Shown: in pieces, positions 18,719 to 26,763 of the stretch
Position numbering within the stretch: the first letter of the stretch is position 1
Layout of the letters: every line of letters starts with the position of its first letter
Source: an uncultured Proteiniphilum sp.
GTDB lineage: Bacteria; Bacteroidota; Bacteroidia; Bacteroidales; Dysgonomonadaceae
Assembly (NCBI GenBank): GCA_964484665.1
Contig: CAZAFR010000003.1
Span: 28,516 to 92,515, forward strand
Length of the DNA stretch: 64,000 nucleotides
Direction: 5' to 3'
Translations under genes and position numbers: made by a program
Notes under the pieces: model-generated
The model's database searches: none
The model's input: the letters and a program-made list of their open reading frames with translations, nothing else
Told to the model about the DNA's origin: nothing

Positions 18719-18864
18719 TGAGCTATTGCAACTCAAAATTTAATTGAGTTTTGTAATATACCCTTGCGACTAACTTTAATAAAGATTGTATTAAAATTTT
18801 CAATAATAACAAAATTTATTATTTTTGGAGATAATAAATACTAGCTTTTGAGTTCAATAGCTCA
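18719..18864. repeat. 20-bp inverted repeat pair flanking a 107-bp core
   Basis: Left TGAGCTATTGCAACTCAAAA (18719-18738); right TTTTGAGTTCAATAGCTCA (18846-18864), the reverse complement with one base missing. Confidence 0.8.
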
Positions 18865-18899
18865 ATCAGATGAAATATCTATAAAAAATAAACCTTATT

Positions 18900-20183
18900 A
18901 TGATTATCAAGAAATTTACTCCGTTACTATTTTCATTTGTTTTTTTCAACATATGTTTAATGTTTCCTCAACAACGGAATGTTAATTATGATGAGGATAA
19001 AGTAAGTCCTTACTCACTTCCATCAATCTTAACATCTCAAAGTGGCATGATCATAAATAACGTGAATGATTGGGAAGAATTCAGAAGGCCCGAAATATTA
19101 TCTAGTTTTACTAATCATGTTTACGGTCGCATCCCCGGTGAACTTGATACAATGAAAGTGGAATTAACTGAACAGGGTGTTTTTTTAAATGGCAAAGCAA
19201 AACGTAAACAGATCATATTAACATTTATCAAAAACGGCAAAGTATTAAATGCAGAGATTTTAATCTATTTGCCCAACTCAGATAAGAAAGCACCTGTATT
19301 TTTGGGCTATAATTTTCAAGGGAATCATACCATATCAAACGACAAAGACATAAACATTACTAAATCGTGGGTGCCTATAAATCATGAGATAGGAGTTGAA
19401 TCTAATACAGCCGTTGAAGATTCGCGAGGAAGTATGAAAAAAAGATGGTCTGTTGAGAGAATTATAGAAGCCGGTTATGGTCTTGTCACATTATACCGGG
19501 GGGATATTGATCCCGATAAAAATGATTTTAGTGACGGCATCCATAATCTTTTCTACACAAAGGAGCAGACTAAACCTAAACCTGACGAATGGGGAACAAT
19601 TGCAGCGTGGAGTTGGGGACTATCAAGAGTTATGGATTATCTCGAAACAGATGAAGATATAGATAATAAAAAAGTAATTGTATTTGGTCACTCCAGATTA
19701 GGAAAAACCTCACTCTGGGCAGCAGCTACTGACAAGCGCTTTGCGGGTTGTATTTCAAACAATTCGGGAGCAATGGGAGCTGCTCTTTCAAGACGTAACT
19801 TTGGTGAAACTGTGGAAGTAATTAATACTACATTCCCTTACTGGTTTTGCGAAAACTTCAAGAAATACTCCAACAAAGAACATTTCTTGCCCATAGACCA
19901 ACATATGCTTATCTCACTGATTGCACCCCGTCCGGTATATGTTGCCAGTGCAACAGAGGATCTGTGGGCAGACCCTAAAGGTGAATTTTTATCAGCAAAA
20001 GAAGCTTCAGTAGTATACAATTTATATGGTATAACGGGACTCTCACCTATCAAGATGCCCGAACCGGATTGCCCGATCATTGATAAAGTTAGTTATCATC
20101 TTAGAACAGGTATACATGGTGTCACAGATTATGACTGGGAACAGTATATTAAATTTGCTAAGTTTAATAACCTATACAGGTAA
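18900..20183 (+). CDS. CE15 glucuronoyl-esterase-like alpha/beta hydrolase
   Basis: GHSRLGK nucleophile motif, WGTIAAWSWG, DQHMLISLIAPRPVYVASATEDLWADPKGEF, GIHGVTDYDW; signal peptide. Confidence 0.88.
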   Translation: MIIKKFTPLLFSFVFFNICLMFPQQRNVNYDEDKVSPYSLPSILTSQSGMIINNVNDWEEFRRPEILSSFTNHVYGRIPGELDTMKVELTEQGVFLNGKAKRKQIILTFIKNGKVLNAEILIYLPNSDKKAPVFLGYNFQGNHTISNDKDINITKSWVPINHEIGVESNTAVEDSRGSMKKRWSVERIIEAGYGLVTLYRGDIDPDKNDFSDGIHNLFYTKEQTKPKPDEWGTIAAWSWGLSRVMDYLETDEDIDNKKVIVFGHSRLGKTSLWAAATDKRFAGCISNNSGAMGAALSRRNFGETVEVINTTFPYWFCENFKKYSNKEHFLPIDQHMLISLIAPRPVYVASATEDLWADPKGEFLSAKEASVVYNLYGITGLSPIKMPEPDCPIIDKVSYHLRTGIHGVTDYDWEQYIKFAKFNNLYR

Positions 20184-20212
20184 ATCGTTTTGAATCATTC
20201 AACGATTTATTT
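20181..20212 (+). terminator. Probable intrinsic terminator after CE15
   Basis: TAAATCGTT / AACGATTTA stem with inner TGAAT/ATTCA, followed by T-rich sequence. Confidence 0.6.
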
Positions 20213-20343
20213 GTATCTAAGTTATAAAAATAAAATAGCTGTGATAATAAGCTGTGTATATAACAGTCCGATAAAAAAATAGTTCTGATATTAATAAAAA
20301 TGATTTAGATAACTAATGTTCCACTATATTCCAATATTATAAA

Positions 20344-21177
20344 TTATTTACATAATGCTCCCGCACCTAATATGCCAATGTTATTTAAATCAGAAGTCAA
20401 TATTTTTATCTTTTCAATAGATTTAGGATAAGGAAAATCTTTAAGATTATCGTACATAGATTTCTCAAACAAATTAAAAGACTGAGTAATTGACCCTCCC
20501 AAAATTATAGCTTGTGGATCAAGAATCAGCAGAATAATTTTTATCAAAACTGACATGTGTTTCCCATATTCATTATATATCTCTCTAGCGTTAGGATCAT
20601 TATTTTTTGCTTTTAAAGCTATGTCATATGCAGACTGACCATATTGTTCCATAAAAAATCTACTTCCGCAATAATGCTCAAGTATAGAATCAAGATAAGG
20701 TAATTCACCAAACTCTCCCGAACCGCAGTTTGAATCATAAAGCAAATGATTATCCTGAATAATTCCACCACCAACACCCGTACCTAATGTAATGCCTACA
20801 AAATTGCTAAACTCTTTTCCTTTGCCAAATATCTTTTCGCCGTATGCAAAACAATTTGCATCATTATCAATAAAAACAGGTACATTAAATTCATTCTCCA
20901 GAATTTGCTTCAAGTGAACTTCATCCCAGTCTTTTATATTCTGAACATTGTAAACTATACCTTTTTCCCTGTCAACAACACTCGGAACTCCAACTCCAAT
21001 AGCTGTAGTGTCGTCTGTAATAAGTTTATTAATACTTTGTTTAAGTACATTTAATGTAGTTTCGCCCCCTTCATGTGCTAAGGTATCTACTTTTTCCTGC
21101 ATTACAATTGAGTTACCCTCAATTCTTCCACTCACGATAGATGTACCACCGATATCAATTCCAAGATAATTCCTCAT
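20344..21177 (-). CDS. ROK family glucokinase-like protein
   Basis: GIDIGGT, GVGVPS, DNDANC, LGTGVGGG, GEFG, ILGGS motifs. Confidence 0.9.
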   Translation of the reverse strand: MRNYLGIDIGGTSIVSGRIEGNSIVMQEKVDTLAHEGGETTLNVLKQSINKLITDDTTAIGVGVPSVVDREKGIVYNVQNIKDWDEVHLKQILENEFNVPVFIDNDANCFAYGEKIFGKGKEFSNFVGITLGTGVGGGIIQDNHLLYDSNCGSGEFGELPYLDSILEHYCGSRFFMEQYGQSAYDIALKAKNNDPNAREIYNEYGKHMSVLIKIILLILDPQAIILGGSITQSFNLFEKSMYDNLKDFPYPKSIEKIKILTSDLNNIGILGAGALCK

Positions 21178-21789
21178 GTTAGTTTTTTATTTATTAAACA
21201 AATATTTTAATCTTTGCTACTATTGTTACTTTTATTTCATGCGTGAAATATTCAATTCATTATTACTATTAAAAGTTCATGCTTCAGTATGTAAACTTAT
21301 TAATCATTTTCATAAAATATGATTTTTTTAATAAATGTCTCGTTAAATTAAGGGTAATACTACAAAAATAAGCAAACTTTGTTATATTACAACAAAAGTA
21401 CATAATAGCATTTATACCCGGTTCTTTTTCAGTTACGCTAACAATCATAATATGCATTTTAATCAAAAAACAGTAATATTCGACATGACCGAATTTTTCA
21501 AAAAACAAAAATACAACAATGAATAAAACAATATATTTCTTCTGATAATCGATTTTTTAGAAAGTAGTGGTTATTAATACATTTTGTTTTATATACAAAT
21601 TGGATTTATCAAATTTAGAACATAAACTATCGCCTTTTAATATCTCAAATTGAAATATCATTAACATCCTATTCCACTACTCTTTACCTTAAGTATCAAA
21701 AATCATATATTCCACTTCTAAAAATAGATAGATGCAGCAATTAACATAATTTTAATGAAGTTTTAACACCAACTCAAATAAATATTCTG

Positions 21790-21797
21790 TAAGTTTG
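21790..21797 (+). promoter_or_regulatory. Candidate -7 promoter box of the decayed polysaccharide operon
   Basis: TAAGTTTG, about 217 nt upstream of the ATG at 22015. Confidence 0.45.
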
Positions 21798-22014
21798 TAT
21801 CACATATTTGAGAAAAAATCTTCGGCATTATCAAAAAAAGACAGTCGGTCGTAAAAAAACCACACAAACCAACAGCATGATGTAAGTCAATTACACACAA
21901 TGCTGCTAAATACCGATTATTTTATTTGTAGTTAGCTACCTCCATAGCATTATAGTGGGACAGGTATCCACGAAGTGTTTTTAAAAATCAAATGGTTAAT
22001 AACAATCATTATAT

Positions 22015-22521
22015 ATGGAAAATGAAGAAACAATATCATATTTCGATCCGAGAGTATGCATAATTGGTTCCAGCAAACACAGTCGACCTCTCGCCAAACT
22101 GTTCAGTACCAAATACCGAACAAGGTTATTTAATCTTGACAAACGCAACAATATAGAAACTATACGCAACTGCAACTTCTATATAGCAGTCGTCACCACC
22201 CCCAAGGAACTACAATATACAAGCGAAATCGTGGGAAGTGTGATCTCCAATGGCGACATAGTGATATTTGAGTCCACCTTATTACCCACGGTCACCAAAG
22301 ATCAATGTATCCCCATAATAGAAAAATTAAGCGGGTTATATTACAACCTGCAATTTTTTGTATGCATCAGAGAATTCACAGCCGACAAAATACTCAAACC
22401 ATCATTAGGCTGCTCACCAGAGGTATGCAAAATTGTTGATGAAATATATTCAACCGTAATAAACAAAAACATAGTAGATAACTACAACGAAGAGTACTCC
22501 ATATTAGCAGACCATAATTAA
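22015..22521 (+). CDS. Degenerate N-terminal domain of a UDP-glucose/GDP-mannose dehydrogenase family protein
   Basis: VCIIG...PLAKLFSTKY, NCNFYIAVVTTP, GDIVIFEST, CIPIIEKLSGL are recognisable. GxGxxG, the YSPER motif and the whole catalytic C-terminal half are missing. Confidence 0.72.
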   Translation: MENEETISYFDPRVCIIGSSKHSRPLAKLFSTKYRTRLFNLDKRNNIETIRNCNFYIAVVTTPKELQYTSEIVGSVISNGDIVIFESTLLPTVTKDQCIPIIEKLSGLYYNLQFFVCIREFTADKILKPSLGCSPEVCKIVDEIYSTVINKNIVDNYNEEYSILADHN

Positions 22522-22632
22522 TGTTAACGATATGCATGACAAGTGATCGCATGGTAATGATTCTATATGGATATTGATTTGAGGTTGGGTAGTAGATTTA
22601 TATATAGTGGGCGCCAGAAATGTTGGTGATTT

Positions 22633-22797
22633 ATCGTTGTTGGCGAAAAAAGTTTTATAGATATTGGAGCTAATACTATTCAATCTATAACAATAGGAAA
22701 CAATTGTACTGTTGGTGGTGGTTCAATAATTATTAAGGATATTCCTGAAAATTCAACTGTTGTAGGGAATCCAGGGAAGATTATAAATAGAAAATAA
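22633..22797 (+). pseudogene. PglD/NeuD-type hexapeptide acetyltransferase, 3' remnant
   Basis: Reads IVVGEKSFIDIGANTIQSITIGNNCTVGGGSIIIKDIPENSTVVGNPGKIINRK*; in-frame TGA immediately upstream, no start codon. Not in the ORF track. Confidence 0.82.
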
Positions 22798-22901
22798 TTT
22801 CTTGCTTTCGTTTTAAATTTAAAAGATAATTTTTTATTAAGGTGTCATCAATATAATTTGCCGGTAAAATGAAAATAAGATGTGTGCTATAATAGAACAA
22901 A

Positions 22902-24074
22902 ATGAAGAAAAAAAGAATATACCTCTCACTGGCTCAGATGGGAGGACATGAAAAAACATTTATTAATGAAGCGTTCAACACCAATTGGGTGGTTCCACTT
23001 GGACCTAATGTGGATGGTTTTGAGGAGGATTTAAAAAAGTATTTGGGTAATAATAATTGTGTAGTAGCACTCAACTCGGGCACGTCGGCCATTCACTTGG
23101 CTTTGGTGCAGCTGGGTGTTGTGCGTGATGATGAGGTGATTTGCCAGAGTTTCACGTTTTCGGCTTCGGCTAATCCTATCGTGTATCAAGGAGGTAGACC
23201 TGTGTTTGTGGATAGTGAACCGGATACGTGGAATATGTCGCCTGAGTATCTTAGAGTGGCTATTGAGGATAGAATCGCAGTGACGGGCAGAAAGCCAAAA
23301 GCAATTATTCCGGTGCATTTGTATGGTATGCCTGCTAAGATGGATGAGATTATGGCTATTGCTGATGAGTATGAAATTCCGGTGCTGGAGGATGCGGCAG
23401 AGGCGTTGGGATCAGAGTTTAAGAGTAAAAAGTGTGGTACGTTTGGTGATTTTGCGTGTCTTTCATTTAATGGTAATAAGATGATTACTACATCTGGGGG
23501 TGGAGCTTTGGTATGCCGTACAAAGGAATGTGCGGATGAGACTAAGTATTTTGCTACTCAGGCAAGGGATGATGTTCCGTATTATCAGCATTCGCATATT
23601 GGTTATAATTATCGCTTAAGTAATATTAGCGCAGGTATTGGTAGGGGACAAATGATGGTTCTGGATGATCATGTGGCTCGCAGAAGAGCAATTAATAGTC
23701 TTTATCGTGAGCTGTTAAGGGATATTCCGGGAATCTCATTTCACACTAACCCGTCGTCGGAGTACAATTCTAATTATTGGCTAACGTGTATCATTGTGGA
23801 TCCGGATGTGGCGGGTTTTACTCGCAAGGAGTTGTATTATGCTATGGAGAAAGAGAATATTGAAACTCGTTTACTCTGGAAACCAATGCATTTGCAGCCG
23901 GTATTCCAGAAGTATGAGTTCTATGGTAATGGCACTTCAGAGCGCCTATTTGACCATGGCCTTTGCTTGCCTTCGGGCTCTATCCTCACGGATAATGATA
24001 TTCACAGAATTGTGGGTGTGATTGAAGACGTGTGGAGCGCTAAGAAAAGTTCTTTATCTTCTACTTCCGCTTAA
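22902..24074 (+). CDS. DegT/DnrJ/EryC1/StrS sugar aminotransferase (PglE/EpsN-like)
   Basis: SGTSAIHLAL, IIPVHLYG, EDAAEALG, SFNGNKMITTSGGG (PLP lysine), GYNYRLSN, LCLPSG. Confidence 0.95.
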   Translation: MKKKRIYLSLAQMGGHEKTFINEAFNTNWVVPLGPNVDGFEEDLKKYLGNNNCVVALNSGTSAIHLALVQLGVVRDDEVICQSFTFSASANPIVYQGGRPVFVDSEPDTWNMSPEYLRVAIEDRIAVTGRKPKAIIPVHLYGMPAKMDEIMAIADEYEIPVLEDAAEALGSEFKSKKCGTFGDFACLSFNGNKMITTSGGGALVCRTKECADETKYFATQARDDVPYYQHSHIGYNYRLSNISAGIGRGQMMVLDDHVARRRAINSLYRELLRDIPGISFHTNPSSEYNSNYWLTCIIVDPDVAGFTRKELYYAMEKENIETRLLWKPMHLQPVFQKYEFYGNGTSERLFDHGLCLPSGSILTDNDIHRIVGVIEDVWSAKKSSLSSTSA

Positions 24075-24737
24075 TGCAATCATTATGTAATAGAGTAGTG
24101 TTGCTAATGAACTGAGTGCGGCAACAACGTATGTGTAACCAGCCCATCGCAACGCATCTGTTGCTTGGGCATGATTACTTGAATCGGTGATGCCGGCATT
24201 ACTTAACCATCTTAAAGCTCTATTTGTGGCATTTTTTTCTACAGGTAGTGTAACAAAACTAAATAGGGTTGATAGTCCAAAAACTACTATCCCAAACCAG
24301 AGTAGAAAGGGGAACGTTTGTACGAGTATGATGCCTAGTAATAATACCCACATTACCCATTTTGAGGTAGATGAGATGATGGGTACTAGAGCAGAACGCA
24401 TTTTTAAGGGTGCATATCCTTGTGCATGTTGTAGTGCGTGCCCGGTTTCGTGTGCTGCAACTGCAGCGGCGGCTACACTATTACTACCATAGACTGGTTC
24501 GCTAAGGTTGATTGTTTTCTTTAGGGGATTGTAGTGGTCGGTAAGCTGTCCGCGTGTTGAGATTACCTGCACGTCGTATATTCCATTTTCGTGCAACATC
24601 TTTTCTGCTACTTCTTTGCCGGTCATCCCATTTCTTAATGGGATTTTGGAGTATTTTTTAAAACGATTTTGTAGTCTAGATTGCACTATCCATCCTAAGA
24701 GTGCAATGCCAATGAATATTATCCAAATTAAAGCCAT
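24054..24737 (-). CDS. Neutral zinc metallopeptidase (YugP-like)
   Basis: GQLTDHYNP, AAHETGHALQH, TLPVEKNATNRA, AGYTYV. Confidence 0.92.
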   Translation of the reverse strand: MALIWIIFIGIALLGWIVQSRLQNRFKKYSKIPLRNGMTGKEVAEKMLHENGIYDVQVISTRGQLTDHYNPLKKTINLSEPVYGSNSVAAAAVAAHETGHALQHAQGYAPLKMRSALVPIISSTSKWVMWVLLLGIILVQTFPFLLWFGIVVFGLSTLFSFVTLPVEKNATNRALRWLSNAGITDSSNHAQATDALRWAGYTYVVAALSSLATLLYYIMIALSGSRR

Positions 24738-24827
24738 AAAGTTTTTTATTTGTCTATTTTATATTTTTATTGTTGTAATAGCTAACCTGATAAGAGCAAA
24801 AACCATACCATTATTTGTTTGTTGATT

Positions 24828-26087
24828 TTATCTGATGATTGTTTGTGCTCTATCGGGACCAACTGAAACAATTGATATTGGTACCTCTAATTCTGTTTCA
24901 AGAAAGGTTATATAGTTGTTGAACTCTTCGGGAAATTCGTCTTCAGACTGCACCTTTGACATATCGGTTTCCCAGCCGGGTAGTTCTACATAAACTGGTT
25001 CTATTCCTTGGGATATATCAAATGGGAGGTCTTCCGTTTCTTTTCCGTTTACTTTATAGGTGACGCATGCTTTGATTGTTTTAAAGCTATCTAGTACGTC
25101 GCTTTTCATCATTACTAATTTGGTGACTCCGTTTAGCATGATGGTGTATCTTAATGCTACGAGATCGATCCAACCACAACGTCGTGGGCGTCCGGTGACT
25201 GATCCATATTCGTTACCATTGTCACGTAATGCTTGTCCGTCTTCATCAAAGAGTTCTGTTGGGAAGGGACCACTGCCTACTCTTGTACAGTATGCTTTAA
25301 AAATTCCAAACACTTCTCCTATTCGTTGTGGTGATATGCCTAAGCCTGTGCAAGCTCCTGCACATATTGTGTTTGATGATGTAACAAAAGGATATGAACC
25401 AAAATCAATATCTAGCATTGATCCTTGTGCTCCTTCTGCAAGTACTGAGCCGTCTTCTTTAAGATGTTTGTTGATATATAATTCGCTATCTATTAGCTGA
25501 TATTCTTTCATTTTTTCTATTCCGGCAAACCACTCTTTTTCGAGGGATTCTATATCATAGTCGATATTGTAACTATCGAGCATCCTTTTGTGACGTGCTA
25601 CTGCTTTCTGGTATTTTTCGTTGAAGTTATGTAATAAATCACCTACTCGGAGGCCGTTACGCCCGATTTTATCTGTATATGAGGGCCCAATTCCTCTTCC
25701 GGTTGTTCCTATCTTGTTCTCTCCCATTGATGTTTCTGAAGCTGCGTCAAGCAACCTATGTGTAGGGAGGATAAGATGTGCTTTCTTTGAGATGCATAGT
25801 CGGTCGGTTAGTATATGGCCACTTTCTTCAAGTGCTTCAACTTCTTGTTTAAAAAGGGCAGGGTCTATCACTACTCCGTTGCCTATGATATTCATTTTAC
25901 CTTTTTGAAAGATACCTGATGGTATTGATTTCAAAATATATTTCTGATTTTCAAACTCCAATGTATGTCCTGCATTTGGACCACCTTGAAATCGTGCTAC
26001 AATTTCGTAGTTTGGTGTGAGAACATCAACAATTTTACCTTTTCCTTCATCTCCCCACTGGAGTCCTAAAATAACATCAACTTTCAT
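24828..26087 (-). CDS. purA: Adenylosuccinate synthetase
   Basis: GLQWGDEGKGK, GGPNAGHT, EGAQG, KAYCTRVGSGPFPTE, TGRPRRCGW, SVGPDR. Confidence 0.99.
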   Translation of the reverse strand: MKVDVILGLQWGDEGKGKIVDVLTPNYEIVARFQGGPNAGHTLEFENQKYILKSIPSGIFQKGKMNIIGNGVVIDPALFKQEVEALEESGHILTDRLCISKKAHLILPTHRLLDAASETSMGENKIGTTGRGIGPSYTDKIGRNGLRVGDLLHNFNEKYQKAVARHKRMLDSYNIDYDIESLEKEWFAGIEKMKEYQLIDSELYINKHLKEDGSVLAEGAQGSMLDIDFGSYPFVTSSNTICAGACTGLGISPQRIGEVFGIFKAYCTRVGSGPFPTELFDEDGQALRDNGNEYGSVTGRPRRCGWIDLVALRYTIMLNGVTKLVMMKSDVLDSFKTIKACVTYKVNGKETEDLPFDISQGIEPVYVELPGWETDMSKVQSEDEFPEEFNNYITFLETELEVPISIVSVGPDRAQTIIR

Positions 26088-26144
26088 TTTTTAAATTTTA
26101 TTATGGATGTAATGGTTCATCCAATTTTCAGTTTAATTATTTAA

Positions 26145-26660
26145 TTATTTTTTGTTTTTATTCTTATTTTTATTATTAACGGTACTTGTAAGTTTTCGTA
26201 GTTGCATCTTTTTTGCATGGTTACATTTGCTGCATACTCCGTAAATATACATGCTGTAATAACTGACATTGAATTTTTTTATCTTCTTTAGCTGAGCTGC
26301 TGTAAGTATATCATCGTTTTTCATTTCCCATACTTCTCCACAGATAGTGCATATCAGATGGTTATGATTTTCATTGCCATAAGCTCTTTCGTAATTTGAG
26401 ATGTTACCACCAAATTGATGTTTTATTACAAGACCGCAATCTAACAGTAAGTCGATTGTATTGTATAGAGTGGCTCGACTTACTCTGAAGTTTACTTCAA
26501 TCATGGATTTGTATAGTGTATCCATATCAAAATGCCCTTTGGTGGAATATATGTGATCGAGTATGGCAAACCTTTCGGGAGTTTTACGATGCTTGTGCAA
26601 AGTAAGGTACTCCGTAAATTCATCTTTGACTTGTTTTCTCAATTTCAAATTGGCTTCCAT
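26145..26660 (-). CDS. fur: Fur family transcriptional regulator
   Basis: RKTPERFAIL, VSRATLYNT, HNHLICTICG, GVCSKC; adjacent to purA as is usual in Bacteroidales. Confidence 0.9.
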   Translation of the reverse strand: MEANLKLRKQVKDEFTEYLTLHKHRKTPERFAILDHIYSTKGHFDMDTLYKSMIEVNFRVSRATLYNTIDLLLDCGLVIKHQFGGNISNYERAYGNENHNHLICTICGEVWEMKNDDILTAAQLKKIKKFNVSYYSMYIYGVCSKCNHAKKMQLRKLTSTVNNKNKNKNKK

Positions 26661-26763
26661 AATTACAAAATTATTCTATTTTTTCTACTTTCCTATGTTT
26701 TGACCATCATTTTATTAAAGGAATTTTAATGAATTGATTGCGTTAGGCTTTTATAACTGAATT

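Noticed and set aside
21284-21508. 74-aa minus-strand ORF in the AT-rich intergenic region
   Set aside because: No recognisable motif or signal; likely chance.
21739-21766. dif-like 28-mer (minus strand TTAAAACTTCA TTAAAA TTATGTTAATT)
   Set aside because: The right arm matches the XerD arm 10/11, but the left arm is poor, such matches arise by chance in AT-rich DNA, it lies about 770 bp from the skew switch, and the switch has origin rather than terminus polarity.
21929-21943. ops/JUMPstart-like GGAGGTAGC on the minus strand
   Set aside because: Wrong orientation for the polysaccharide remnant genes, and Bacteroidetes UpxY does not use the enterobacterial ops consensus.
21660-21975. DnaA-box-like words (TATTCCACT twice, TTACACACA, GTATCCACG)
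   Set aside because: All have two or more mismatches to TTATCCACA and are not clustered; insufficient to call oriC from motifs.
22505-22535. CATAA-T-TAATGTTAAC at the skew switch, resembling dif arms
   Set aside because: The spacer is 1 nt rather than the required 6, and it overlaps the ORF stop codon.
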